Source: Planctomycetota bacterium (GTDB lineage: Bacteria; Planctomycetota; UBA8108; SXIK01). From it: 64,000 bases of DNA. The position numbers and the translations under genes were made by a program. The notes beneath the pieces were generated by a model, which saw only the letters and a program-made list of their open reading frames with translations, was not told the DNA's origin and did no database searches. Position 1 is the stretch's first letter, and each line of letters opens with the position of its first letter. Below, one piece after another: positions 37,154-47,704 of this stretch. The stretch covers positions 4,608,001 to 4,672,000 of the forward strand of contig OZ244999.1 of the NCBI GenBank assembly GCA_965223265.1, written 5' to 3'.

Positions 37154-39007
37154 ATGATGTCAAGGAAGGGTTTCTTTGCGGCGGTCATGGTTTTGGGCTT
37201 CGGAACGAATGCTGTCGCGGACACGCTCGCGGAGCTCGAGGCCGAGGACATCGTGTTTCCGGTGGCCTGGGAAGACATCGTGTTGGTCCAACCTTCGTCG
37301 GACGAAATTCGTCTACCGGATGCGGACCTGCGCCACGACGCGATGCCGTGCTTTGGATTTCTGTCGCGGCTCGAGTTCGTTCAAAATTCGAATGACCTCG
37401 CGGTCGTCGGCTGGTGCGAAGAGGGTGGCTGGACCGGCCCGGCGCGCGCCACGGTTTACAAGTACAGCCCGGACGGCGCGCTCATCGGCGAAACCAGCGT
37501 CCAGGACGCTGGCGAGCCCGCCATGGGTCACGGCGACGGCTGGGATATCCACACATTCTCAGACGGCGGTGTGGTCGCCTGCGGCACGGCCCGATTCGGC
37601 CTTCCCGCGCCGCTAGACGTGATCGACTGGGGACTCCCGGGCGTGCGCCGCTTCGAGTCAGATCTGACCCCGCTTTCACCGCTGGAGAGCCCCGTCGAGC
37701 CTGAGCTCGTGCCGGGAAATGACGAGCGGGACTTCACAGGTGCGGGAGAGAACCTCTTGCGCCCCCGCATCGCTGTCCTGCCAGGCGAAGGAAACGATGA
37801 GCGCTACGTGTTGTCGTATTCTCTACAATCCGCGGAGTTGCAGAAGTCCGTTGGGCTCACCGACCCGGGTGGCGAAGCCGCCCCCGGGGCGAAGATCTAC
37901 TATCGCGTCTTCCAAAAAGATGGCACGCCAGTCACCGCAACACAGCTCGGCTTTGACATCGACGCTGACGACGACCTTGGCCGGTGGGGCGCCTCGTATG
38001 CGCGCCACGATATCGAGACGACGGGAGACGGCGGTTTCATGATGGTCACCCTCGGCCCAGCACCAGCGGTCGATGGTGATGCGACGCCGATTTACTTCTT
38101 CGATCGCGATGGCAATCGATCGCGAGACCCGTTCAGCGTGCACGATCCCGATCTCGTGGCGAACGCCGTGGTGCCCCAGAATATCATCGAGCCGGAGCTT
38201 TTCTTCGGTAACGGCGTCTACGCGCTGCAGTCGGCTGTGATCCTCGAGGGCACGCAGAACATGGCGTTGACCATGTTCGACATCGCCCCCGACGACTCGA
38301 TCAATATCGTGCGCTCGACATTCAATGCGAGCAGTCAAAAGAATCTGTCCCCTATTCGCGAAAGTGAAATGGGCATGGATCCTCGCGGCAACATCTTCGT
38401 GACGACGCGCGGCGAGTACACCGATCCCGACACGGGCTTTCCGCTCGGGCCGGACGACCAGAACGACATGCTTACCGTGCGCATCTTCGACAATACGGGC
38501 GAGCCTTTCACAGCTCCGTTCATCCCGTACTCCCAAGATGCGATCGATCCGAACACGGGCGAAGAAGTCAACAACTACATCGGTAGTCAACGTGACCCGC
38601 AAATCGACGCCAACAGCGGCTTCTTTGCAGTGATCTATCTGAGCGATGCGCCGCCGTCGACCGTCGGTGGCCTGAACGCGTTCAGGATCTTCGAGAACCC
38701 CGTGGCTGGATTTGCCGTTCCGTACGATGTCAATCTCGACGGCGGTGTTGACATCTCGGATCCGGTTGCAGACCTCAACTTCCAGTTCGCAGGAGTCGCA
38801 CTCGCCTCATGTCTGTTGGACGACGCAGGGCTCCTAAAGCCGTCCACCGTTGAACTCGTCGATTTCAACGGCGACGGCGGGCACGACATCTCGGATCCGG
38901 TGGCCTCTCTCAACTGGCAGTTCGCCGGTGGTGGATTCGCCCCGCACCCCCGTGGTGTCGATTGCGTTGATTTCAACATCACATGCGACGACGCTTGCTC
39001 GCAGTAG
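37154..39007 (+). CDS. acidic exported protein with a C-terminal dockerin-like pair
   Basis: ATG at 37154 after GGAGG; signal peptide ending AVA-D; C-terminal YDVNLDGGVDISDPV and DFNGDGGHDISDPV with a Cys-rich tail. Confidence 0.8.
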   Translation: MMSRKGFFAAVMVLGFGTNAVADTLAELEAEDIVFPVAWEDIVLVQPSSDEIRLPDADLRHDAMPCFGFLSRLEFVQNSNDLAVVGWCEEGGWTGPARATVYKYSPDGALIGETSVQDAGEPAMGHGDGWDIHTFSDGGVVACGTARFGLPAPLDVIDWGLPGVRRFESDLTPLSPLESPVEPELVPGNDERDFTGAGENLLRPRIAVLPGEGNDERYVLSYSLQSAELQKSVGLTDPGGEAAPGAKIYYRVFQKDGTPVTATQLGFDIDADDDLGRWGASYARHDIETTGDGGFMMVTLGPAPAVDGDATPIYFFDRDGNRSRDPFSVHDPDLVANAVVPQNIIEPELFFGNGVYALQSAVILEGTQNMALTMFDIAPDDSINIVRSTFNASSQKNLSPIRESEMGMDPRGNIFVTTRGEYTDPDTGFPLGPDDQNDMLTVRIFDNTGEPFTAPFIPYSQDAIDPNTGEEVNNYIGSQRDPQIDANSGFFAVIYLSDAPPSTVGGLNAFRIFENPVAGFAVPYDVNLDGGVDISDPVADLNFQFAGVALASCLLDDAGLLKPSTVELVDFNGDGGHDISDPVASLNWQFAGGGFAPHPRGVDCVDFNITCDDACSQ

Positions 39008-39031
39008 CAGCGAACGCCCACGTATCAGCTG

Positions 39032-39077
39032 AATCGGTTACAGCGGTCCTGTCGGCCCGCTGTAACCGATTTTTTTT
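39032..39077 (+). terminator. Rho-independent terminator
   Basis: 15-bp perfect stem AATCGGTTACAGCGG / CCGCTGTAACCGATT, 10-nt loop and a T-run, starting 25 nt after the stop at 39007. Confidence 0.85.
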
Positions 39078-39129
39078 CGTCGGTGAGGCCTCAGAGCGCT
39101 CGGTTTTCCGGTGGCGTGCGGCAGCGCTG

Positions 39130-41322
39130 ATGTTGTTGTTCACCGTGACGCCAAACGGCCTCGTGCGCGCCGATTTCTTACGCGGCGACGCGAATCAAGA
39201 CGGTCGCGTCAACATCGGCGATGCCGTGGTGCAGATCCTGCACATCTTTGGCTCCGACGTAGCGCTCGAATGCCTCGACGCGGCCGACTCCAACGACGAT
39301 GGCCAGGTCGACGTGTCGGATCCCCTACGGACCCTGACGGCACTCTTCTTCGCCGCGACCCTGCCGAGCCCCGGCATGACCTCTTTCGGGCCCGACCCGT
39401 CATGCGACGAGCTCACCTGCGCCGCAGCCCCGGGGCCACCTGCGGTCATTCTCAACGAAATTCAGTACAACCCGCTCGGCCCACGCGGCTCAGCCGCCGA
39501 CGAAGAGTTCATCGAGCTCCACAATCGCTCGAGTGAACCTCAGGATGTCAGCGGGTTTCGCTTCGTGCGCGGCATCAACTATACGATTCCTGCCGGAACT
39601 ATGATCCCCGCCGGAGGGTATCTTCTCATCCTCAAGGCACCGACGATCAGCCGCTGGCGAAACATACCGCAGCCGAAGGTCGGGCCGTACGACGGTTGGC
39701 TCTCAGACGGCGGCGAAGCGATCGAGCTGCGAGGCCCCTGCAGCCAGGAACTCGTGGTGTACGACGACCGCGCTCCGTGGCCGTCTGGCGCTGATGGCGA
39801 CGGCCCATCCCTCGAGCGCGTCGCGCCGGCAGCCCGCGCCGACGATTTCCACAGCTGGAGGTCGGCGTCGAAGCGAGGCGGCACGCCAGGGACCGTCAAC
39901 TCGAGTCGCGACGTGCCGACGCATCCGGTGATCACCTCAGCAACCTTCACTCCGGCGAGGCCGACGTCGCGCGATTGTGTCATGGTTCGCGCGGTACTCG
40001 ATATCGAACCTGAGCGTCTCGGCGCGGTGCGACTTCACTGGGAGGTTGTTGACGTGCCGACGCCGATCGCCGGTATGCTGCTGCCCATGCAGCTTCGAGA
40101 GAGCGGCGACTCATGGAGCACTTTCGAAGCAGAGTTGCCGCCACAGCCAAGCCAGACGCTCGTGCGCGCAAATCTCGAGGTCGTCGGGCTCGACGACACC
40201 ACCGAACCACTGATTCTGCCCTACAGCGTCGATCCAGATGCTTACCTGAGCTACTTCGTGTATGACTTCGAGATGGCAGCGAAACTGCCGATTCTTTGGC
40301 TCGTGAACGCACACGAAAGTCAGCTGCCACCCGCTCCGCGGCGATTGACCGCAGCGGTTATCCTTGAAGTGGGAAGCGACACGCCGCTCGTTTTTGACGG
40401 TGCGCGTCTGAGCAATTCGCAAAACGGCACGAACCTCAAATTCCTCAAGGGTGCAGAGTATCGCGGCGATCGAACGGTCAACATCATCCCGGAGAGACCG
40501 CTCTCGTTCGGCTCCGGCGGCGACCTCGGGCCACACGTCGAGCACCTCGGATTCACGGTATTCGAAAAGCTTGGCGCGCTCGCCCCGTGGGCCGAGTGGT
40601 TTCGCGTTGTGGAGCATCGCCGCGAGATTCGCACTCACAGCCAACGGCTTCTTATCCAACAGGTCAACGAACGATTTTTTGCTGTCAATGGCCTCGACCC
40701 AGACGGTGATCTCTACAGAATTGACAAAACCGTCTGGGGAAAAAGGACCAATCTCTACTCTGGCGTCGACACGATCGTCCAGCTGCGGACAGCACTGAGG
40801 AAACAAGATCCCGACGCCCGACGCAGCGCCGTTTTCTCGCTTATGGACGTTGGCAACGTTGGCCTCTATTCAGCGATCGGCATGCTGATGTCGAACTGGG
40901 ACGGTTTCAACAACAACATGTACGCCTACCATGATCTCTCTCCGATGGCACTCTGGCGTGTGATTCCGTGGGACCTCGACCACACGTTTCGCCAAGACTC
41001 GGCAGCGCTCGACTTGGCGCATCCCCGGATCGGCATGATTGGTGACGCATTCCACGAAGTGGCTGAGCTCGATGCTGCGTATCGCGAGCAGATCAAAACA
41101 TTCATTGCGCCTGGAGGTGGCTTCACCGCCGACGAGGTCGAACCCGAGATCGCAGCCACCGAAACTTTGCTGCTCGAAGACCTAAGACTCTTGGAAACGT
41201 TTCTCGGCGAGATCCGCACCGAGCGGCGTGAACAGATTGACTTGAGCTACAAGCACATTCGGGGTTTCGTGCACGCCCGGCTCGCTTTTCTGCGTGCTGC
41301 ACTTGACGCCTCTGGAGGGTGA
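39130..41322 (+). CDS. dockerin-like + lamin-tail domain + CotH kinase family protein
   Basis: FLRGDANQDGRVNIGD...CLDAADSNDDGQVDVSD (dockerin-like); VILNEIQYNP...EEFIELHN...GPSLER...GGTPG (LTD); NWDGFNNNMYAY...IPWDLDHTF (CotH). The ORF-track start at 38983 crosses the terminator, so a start near 39130 is assumed. Confidence 0.85.
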   Translation: MLLFTVTPNGLVRADFLRGDANQDGRVNIGDAVVQILHIFGSDVALECLDAADSNDDGQVDVSDPLRTLTALFFAATLPSPGMTSFGPDPSCDELTCAAAPGPPAVILNEIQYNPLGPRGSAADEEFIELHNRSSEPQDVSGFRFVRGINYTIPAGTMIPAGGYLLILKAPTISRWRNIPQPKVGPYDGWLSDGGEAIELRGPCSQELVVYDDRAPWPSGADGDGPSLERVAPAARADDFHSWRSASKRGGTPGTVNSSRDVPTHPVITSATFTPARPTSRDCVMVRAVLDIEPERLGAVRLHWEVVDVPTPIAGMLLPMQLRESGDSWSTFEAELPPQPSQTLVRANLEVVGLDDTTEPLILPYSVDPDAYLSYFVYDFEMAAKLPILWLVNAHESQLPPAPRRLTAAVILEVGSDTPLVFDGARLSNSQNGTNLKFLKGAEYRGDRTVNIIPERPLSFGSGGDLGPHVEHLGFTVFEKLGALAPWAEWFRVVEHRREIRTHSQRLLIQQVNERFFAVNGLDPDGDLYRIDKTVWGKRTNLYSGVDTIVQLRTALRKQDPDARRSAVFSLMDVGNVGLYSAIGMLMSNWDGFNNNMYAYHDLSPMALWRVIPWDLDHTFRQDSAALDLAHPRIGMIGDAFHEVAELDAAYREQIKTFIAPGGGFTADEVEPEIAATETLLLEDLRLLETFLGEIRTERREQIDLSYKHIRGFVHARLAFLRAALDASGG

Positions 41323-41583
41323 CTCGGTGGTCCTAACCTCGAGTTTGGCCCTTTCGCGGCGGCTCACCGGATGGATCGGGCGGAGTTCAAAGACGTCGGT
41401 CCGGAGAGAGTCGCAGACACGCGCAAACCAAGAGCAAAGCTCGAGGTTGGTCTCGAGGCGGAAGCGCACCTGAGATATGATGACGCGAGTGTATTGTCGA
41501 ATCACCTGATGCGTCCCGCTCTTGGCGCCACGCGCCGTCTTGCGGGATAAACCCCGGCGATCAACAGAACTCGGAGATCGGCG

Positions 41584-44500
41584 ATGAACAGTCGCCCATG
41601 GAACGTCCTCCTCGTCGCTATCGTTGTTGCACTCTGCCCCGTCGACATACCCACGAGTGTGTTCGCCACGGACGGCAAGCTGATCGAATCGGCGCCTCTC
41701 GAGGCCCAAGGAGACGCTGGAGGCGAGCGCCCGACGCTCTTCGAGCTGGTCTCGCCGGAAGCGTCGGGCGTCGACGTGACCCATCCGATCGACACGGCGC
41801 ACCCGCTCAAACGTCTCTACATTTCCGGTTTTCTCTGCGGCGGGATCGCGGTCGGTGACGTCGACGGCGACGGCGCGCCAGACCTCTACCTCGTCAGTGG
41901 CCCGAGGAAAAATCGACTCTATCGCCAAGTGGGCAATTTCAAATTCGAAGACATCACGACGTTCGCCGGCGTTGACGGTGGTGACTCTTGGGGTGCCGGA
42001 GCGAGCCTTGCCGATGTCGATGGCGATGGGGATCTGGACATCTACGTGTGCAACTACGACTCGCCAAACGCCCTCTACATCAACGACGGTAACGGCGCCT
42101 TCAAGGACGAAGCCGCCGCGCGGGGTGTCGATTTCGTCGATGCATCGCTCATGGCGGCGTTCTGCGATTACGATCGCGACGGTGATATCGACTTTTACCT
42201 GCTCACCAATCGCCTCTACCGCGCCGGAGGTCGTCCCGCGCGGCCGCCGATGAAGTTCGTCGACGGCAAACCGACCGTTCTGCCCGAATTCGAACGCTAC
42301 TACGGGATCATCGACCTGGGTGCCAATCGGTTCGTTATGGACACCATCGGACGCGCCGATTTCTTGCTCGAAAACAACGGTGATGGCACCTTCCGCGACG
42401 TCACTGAAAAGGCAGGCATCTCCGGACGCCAGTATGGGCTCTCGGCGACTTGGTGGGACTACGACCGCGACGGCTTTTCGGATCTCTACGTCGGTAACGA
42501 CTTCGATGACCCCGATCGACTCTATCGCAACAATGGCGACGGCACGTTCACCGATGTGCTCAAAGACGTCGTGCCGCACACGTCGTGGTTCTCTATGGGC
42601 GCCGACATCGGCGACGTCAACAACGATGGCTGGCTCGACCTCCTGATCGCGGACATGTCGGCGACGACTCATTTCAAACAGAAAACGTCGATGGGCACCA
42701 TGAACGCGAACAAGATTCTCAAGGTCGCCGGCCCACCACCGCAGATCATGCGCAACGCTCTCTATCTCAACACTGCTGGTGGGCCCTTCATGGAGGCAGC
42801 GTATCTGACGGGTCTGGCCGACTCCGACTGGACCTGGGCAATCAAGTTCGCCGATTGGGATAACGATGGCCTAACCGATGTATTCATTAGTAACGGCATG
42901 GCTCGGAGTTTTACGAACTCCGATATCACCCACACCTTGCACGATCTGATCGGACGCACGAAGTGGTCCATTTACGAGGACACCCCGCCTCGAAAGGAAA
43001 CCAACTTGGCTCTCAAAAATCTCGGCGACTTGAGATTCGAGAGCAGAGCGAAGGAATGGGGTCTTGATCATTTCGGTATGAGTGTGGCGGCTGCCTACGT
43101 CGATTTCGAGCGTGACGGCGATCTCGATCTCGTCGTCGCCAATCTCGACGAGCCCGTGAGTCTCTACCGCAACCTCTCGCACGGCAGCCACCGCGTTCTG
43201 ATCCGACTTCGCGGCACGTCCAGTAACAGTTTCGGCCTCGGCTCGGTGGTCACGATCGAGACGGCAGCGGGCCGACAGACGCGCGAGTTGTCGCCGATGA
43301 CAGGGTACCTTTCGAATAACGAAGCACTGCTTCACTTCGGTCTCGGCAAGGAGTCTTCGATTCGCGAGCTGATCGTCGACTGGCCGAGCGGCGAAAAACA
43401 GCGGTTCACCGACCTCGAGGTCGACCGTCTCTATACCGTCACCGAACCAAGCTCGAGCGGCAAAGAGACTTCGCCCGCGGCGGCGGAGAGGCCGACCGCG
43501 CCGCCTCTCTTTCGCGCTGCTAAGCTTTTCTCTACGATCCGCCACCAGGAACAGCCATTCGACGACTTCGCGCTCCAGCCGCTTCTACCCAACAAGCTAT
43601 CACAGCTCGGGCCTGGCATGGCGTGGGGCGATATCGACGGCGACGGCGATGACGATGTCTACTTCGGGGGGGCGGCTGGGCAGTCCGGATCTCTTCTCCG
43701 CCAGGTGAGCGCGGGCGTATTCGAACCCGTCGAGTCGGTTGCCATCGCAGCTGACGCTCAAGCTGAAGACCTGGGCGCTCTCTTCTTCGACGCTGATGCG
43801 GACGGCGACGCCGACCTCTACGTGGTCACCAGCAACGTCGAATCCGGGCGAAAGTCCGGTTTTCGCGCCAGCCGACTTTACCTCAACGATGGGCATGGGA
43901 ACTTCTCGCACTCGACAGGGTCTCGCCCCTCGGGGACGATGAGCGGTGGAGTCGTCGCAGCGGCGGACTACGATCACGACGGTGACCTTGACGCCTTCGT
44001 CGGTGGACGCGTCGTCCCGGGTCGCTACCCCACGGCGCCGGGGAGTGTGCTGTCGCGCAACGATCGCGGCAGCTGGCGAGACGTGACGCGATTGGTCGCG
44101 CCCGATCTCCAGCAAAGCGGCATGGTCACCGGTGCACTCTGGTCGGACGCCAACGATGATGGCTGGCTCGATCTGCTGGTGACGCACGAATGGGGCCCCG
44201 TCAGACTCTATCTCAACGACGAAGGCACGCTGCGTGACCAAACCGACGAATCCGGACTCGCCGCATTCTCTGGTTGGTGGAACGGAATTGCCGGGAGTGA
44301 CCTCGACGGCGACGGCGACATCGACTACGTCGTGACAAACTTCGGCCTCAACACTAAGTACCACGCCAGCGCTGAGAAACCGGCGCTGATCTACTACGGC
44401 GACTTCGCCAACGACGGCCGGCTGCGCATCGTCGAAGCAGAGTACGAAGCCGACAAACTCTTCCCTGTGCGCGGCAAGAGCTGCTCGACGCAGGCGATGC

Positions 44501-45273
44501 CGTTTTTGCGCCGGAAGTTCGCTACGTTCGAGAGCTTCGCGCTCGCCGAACTTGACGACCTTTACACCTCGGAGTGCCTCGAGAAAGCCGAACGTTTTGC
44601 AGCCACGACCCTCGAGTCGGGTGTGCTGCTCAATGACGGCAGCGGTCGGTTCGAGTTCAAGCCGCTCCCGCGCTTGGCGCAGATCTCCCCAGCGTTTGGT
44701 GCCGTCATCACGGAGGTCGATGGCGACGGCATTCCCGATGTCTACATAGTACACAACTTCTTCACGCCGCAGCTCGAGACAGGCCGCATGGACAGTGGGC
44801 TGAGCCTCCTTCTCAAAGGCGTCGGCGACGGCACGTTCACGCCGGTTTGGCCGCAGGCGAGCGGACTGATCGTACGCGGCGACGCCAAGAGCCTCGCGAC
44901 GACAGATCTCAACGGCGATGGTTGGCCGGACTTCGTCGTCGGCATCAATGACGACGCACCGAGAGCGTTTCTTCACGGCGGTTGGACAAACGGACGCGTC
45001 TTGAGCGTTCGGCTTCTCGGTCCGCGGGACAACAGAACCGCGATCGGTGCTCGTGTCACCCTATGGCTCTCGAACGGGTCACGACAAACCGCGGAGGTCT
45101 CCAGCGCCAGCGGCTACCTCTCGCAGTCTTCTCCCACGCTCACGTTCGGGCTCGGCAACGAACAGGTGGAGCGGATCGATGTGCGCTGGCCGAACGGCCA
45201 ATCGACCACGGCCCAACCCGCTGACACCAATCGTGTGGTGATCGATCTGCTCGCGCCTCAGCTCGGCAAGTGA
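41584..45273 (+). CDS. FG-GAP/VCBS repeat protein with two ASPIC/UnbV domains (CRTAC1-like)
   Basis: Signal peptide; many DxDGDGDLD and LYxNNGDGTF repeats; GYLSNNEALLHFGLG and GYLSQSSPTLTFGLG...VRWPNG. Confidence 0.9.
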   Translation: MNSRPWNVLLVAIVVALCPVDIPTSVFATDGKLIESAPLEAQGDAGGERPTLFELVSPEASGVDVTHPIDTAHPLKRLYISGFLCGGIAVGDVDGDGAPDLYLVSGPRKNRLYRQVGNFKFEDITTFAGVDGGDSWGAGASLADVDGDGDLDIYVCNYDSPNALYINDGNGAFKDEAAARGVDFVDASLMAAFCDYDRDGDIDFYLLTNRLYRAGGRPARPPMKFVDGKPTVLPEFERYYGIIDLGANRFVMDTIGRADFLLENNGDGTFRDVTEKAGISGRQYGLSATWWDYDRDGFSDLYVGNDFDDPDRLYRNNGDGTFTDVLKDVVPHTSWFSMGADIGDVNNDGWLDLLIADMSATTHFKQKTSMGTMNANKILKVAGPPPQIMRNALYLNTAGGPFMEAAYLTGLADSDWTWAIKFADWDNDGLTDVFISNGMARSFTNSDITHTLHDLIGRTKWSIYEDTPPRKETNLALKNLGDLRFESRAKEWGLDHFGMSVAAAYVDFERDGDLDLVVANLDEPVSLYRNLSHGSHRVLIRLRGTSSNSFGLGSVVTIETAAGRQTRELSPMTGYLSNNEALLHFGLGKESSIRELIVDWPSGEKQRFTDLEVDRLYTVTEPSSSGKETSPAAAERPTAPPLFRAAKLFSTIRHQEQPFDDFALQPLLPNKLSQLGPGMAWGDIDGDGDDDVYFGGAAGQSGSLLRQVSAGVFEPVESVAIAADAQAEDLGALFFDADADGDADLYVVTSNVESGRKSGFRASRLYLNDGHGNFSHSTGSRPSGTMSGGVVAAADYDHDGDLDAFVGGRVVPGRYPTAPGSVLSRNDRGSWRDVTRLVAPDLQQSGMVTGALWSDANDDGWLDLLVTHEWGPVRLYLNDEGTLRDQTDESGLAAFSGWWNGIAGSDLDGDGDIDYVVTNFGLNTKYHASAEKPALIYYGDFANDGRLRIVEAEYEADKLFPVRGKSCSTQAMPFLRRKFATFESFALAELDDLYTSECLEKAERFAATTLESGVLLNDGSGRFEFKPLPRLAQISPAFGAVITEVDGDGIPDVYIVHNFFTPQLETGRMDSGLSLLLKGVGDGTFTPVWPQASGLIVRGDAKSLATTDLNGDGWPDFVVGINDDAPRAFLHGGWTNGRVLSVRLLGPRDNRTAIGARVTLWLSNGSRQTAEVSSASGYLSQSSPTLTFGLGNEQVERIDVRWPNGQSTTAQPADTNRVVIDLLAPQLGK

Positions 45274-45334
45274 GGCGCGATGATGGGCGGCTTCGCCCAA
45301 CGGTTTCTCTTGCCACACCGGCCGCGATGTTCGA

Positions 45335-47704
45335 TCACTTTTGAGGAGCGCGCCCGAGCTGCAGTCGTTTCAGGGCGATCTTCTTGAGTTCCTTTCGCCC
45401 TTCGACGATTTCGATCGTTTGGTCGACCGCAACATTGTCGAAGACCTGCGTCGTGTTGCTCGCCGGCCAGAAGATTTCGAGCCGATCGACTCGCCTCGCG
45501 TGACCGAGACCGATGGTTTGGCGCAGCGGATTACCGCCGTAGCTCCCCCCACTGGAGACGTAGCGAATCACCTGATTCGCGCTACCGTCGGGAGCTTTCA
45601 GCTGCAAACGAATCCGCGAGCCAATCGCGCCGCGATTGGACTTCGTGCCCACGAGTTTGACGCGCAGAAATGTCGTCCCGAAGCCTGGATTTTCAAAGAG
45701 CGCATCGTGAGCCCGATCGATCAGCGACGCTCCGCCTTGCTGCTGAAACAGGTCGAGATCGCCGTCGTTGTCCACATCTGCGAACGCTGTGCCGTTGCCG
45801 TTGGAAAGCAGCCCGACGCCACTGGCAGTCGTCACGTCGGCGAATCTTTTCCCTGCCTGATTCAGGAGCAGGATATTCGGCAGCGGGCTGCCCTGCTGCG
45901 CCACTCCCGTCCCAAGACACGCATCCAAATATCCGTCGCCGTCGATGTCACCGAAATTCCCGCCGACCGTCACGAAGGGGTACGTCAGACCCGAATGCAA
46001 GGTCACATCCTTTAGCTTCCCTTTTCCGTCACCGCGATAAAGACTGACTGCCTCGGCCTGGTGTTCCCGAGAGCGGTAATGAAGACCAACGTGATCGACC
46101 GTTCCACCATGGGCGCCAGCGAAAAGGTCTAGCGCGCCGTCGTTGTCGAAATCCCAGGTCCAAGCGGAAAAACTGCGGATCGGTCTCTGCGCTGAAGTCG
46201 CCCGTGTGACGTCTTCGAACGTGCCGTCACCCCGGTTCTTAAAGAGTCGATTGGAGCCAAGTAGGTTGGAGACGAACAGGTCGGGATAACGATCGCCGTC
46301 GAAATCACCCCACGCGGCGCCTTTTGTCATGCGCAAGTTCTGCACCCCGGCAGCTTTGGCGACGTCGACAAACGTACCGTCACCGCGGTTCTGAAAGAGC
46401 TGACATGGGGCTTCGAACTGGGTATTCGACTCATTGCCGACGAAAAGATCTACGTCACCGTCGAGGTCATAGTCGGCCCACGCCGCCGTTTGCGTCGGCA
46501 AGTGAACCTCACCGAGCCCAGAGTCAAACGTCACGTCCTTGAACGATCCGTCACCACGATTTTGCAGCAAAGAATTCGGGTGTTTTCCCTTTTCGCCCAA
46601 CCAGCCTCCCCGCATCACAAAAAGGTCCAAGTCGCCGTCGTTGTCGTAGTCGGCCTGCACGAGATTGAGTCCACCTAGTATGCTCCGCAGACGAGAATCG
46701 GACGTGCGGTTTGAGAATGAACCGTCGCCGTCATTTTCGAAATAACGCAGGCTCTCGGTGGGGTCCCACGATGATGTGACGATGTCGAGAAATCCGTCAC
46801 CGTTGAAGTCGTCCACCACGACGCCGCCGCAGCAGCCAAACGTGTTCACGCCAAGTCTCGGGGCGACGTCGACGAAGCGTGGAAAATCGACGTGAGAACG
46901 GAGCGCCTCGGGTGAAACCAAATGACGCGTCGGAACCGCCTCGGGGTACGTACCGGCGAGCATGTAGTTGATATTGAGCAGCCAGCGGATTCCATGCTCT
47001 GCGAATCGACGCTTCGATGGCACGTCCAGAAACGCTTCGAAGTACTCGATGGCTCGGTCTGCTCCTTCCGTGTTGGCGTGCACACGTCCACAGCCGATGG
47101 GCAGCACCGCGCGGTTGCCGTCCGCGGCGGCGCGATTCTCCTCCTCCCCCAGCCGCCAGTGCGCCACGCCAAGCCAGTAGAGGGTTTGGCGCAGATCGAG
47201 TCCATCGTTGCGCTCGAGCGTGATCAGCTCGCGTGCGCGCTTCAAATGCTTGATCGCCTCCTGCACGTCGCCAAGTCGCAGCTCCGCTCTGCCAAGCGAA
47301 AGATGCAGTCCCCAGCGTATGTGATCTCGGCCTCGCTTCGCCAGCCGGGCCATCTGCTCACGAAGCGAGCGTCGTAGCGAGTCTCCGAGGTACGGGTGGT
47401 CATCAGCCACACGCGATCCAATGTACTGAAGCAGCCCCCGCATGCGCGCGTCGCCGTCCGCAGGGACTTCGGAAGCCGTGCTGCCTTTCTTTGCGGACGC
47501 GGTCTTGTCTCGATGCGGTGGCTCCTCCGCGAAACAGGGCAGTGACGCAAGAGAGAGTGAAAGAATCAATCCGCTCCATTCGACCGTCAGCCTAGGGCAA
47601 ATGCGCCGGCACGCGACTCGTGCGAACTCAGTCTTTGGCATTGCGGTGAAGCACCTTCTGGGGAGTTGGTCGGTCGTGATTATACAGAAAGACCAGGGAA
47701 CCAT
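45335..47704 (-). CDS. CRTAC1 family (TPR-like + FG-GAP + ASPIC/UnbV) protein
   Basis: Helical N-terminal region, RWLLNINYM, QADYDNDGDLD, AWADYDLDGDVD, SNRGAIGSRI, SGGSYGGNPLRQTIGLG...IFWP. Start uncertain. Confidence 0.88.
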   Translation of the reverse strand: MVPWSFCIITTDQLPRRCFTAMPKTEFARVACRRICPRLTVEWSGLILSLSLASLPCFAEEPPHRDKTASAKKGSTASEVPADGDARMRGLLQYIGSRVADDHPYLGDSLRRSLREQMARLAKRGRDHIRWGLHLSLGRAELRLGDVQEAIKHLKRARELITLERNDGLDLRQTLYWLGVAHWRLGEEENRAAADGNRAVLPIGCGRVHANTEGADRAIEYFEAFLDVPSKRRFAEHGIRWLLNINYMLAGTYPEAVPTRHLVSPEALRSHVDFPRFVDVAPRLGVNTFGCCGGVVVDDFNGDGFLDIVTSSWDPTESLRYFENDGDGSFSNRTSDSRLRSILGGLNLVQADYDNDGDLDLFVMRGGWLGEKGKHPNSLLQNRGDGSFKDVTFDSGLGEVHLPTQTAAWADYDLDGDVDLFVGNESNTQFEAPCQLFQNRGDGTFVDVAKAAGVQNLRMTKGAAWGDFDGDRYPDLFVSNLLGSNRLFKNRGDGTFEDVTRATSAQRPIRSFSAWTWDFDNDGALDLFAGAHGGTVDHVGLHYRSREHQAEAVSLYRGDGKGKLKDVTLHSGLTYPFVTVGGNFGDIDGDGYLDACLGTGVAQQGSPLPNILLLNQAGKRFADVTTASGVGLLSNGNGTAFADVDNDGDLDLFQQQGGASLIDRAHDALFENPGFGTTFLRVKLVGTKSNRGAIGSRIRLQLKAPDGSANQVIRYVSSGGSYGGNPLRQTIGLGHARRVDRLEIFWPASNTTQVFDNVAVDQTIEIVEGRKELKKIALKRLQLGRAPQK

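Noticed and set aside
41182-44976. Long minus-strand ORFs 41182..42672 and 43600..44976
   Set aside because: Antisense shadows of the motif-rich gene 41584..45273, common in GC-rich DNA.
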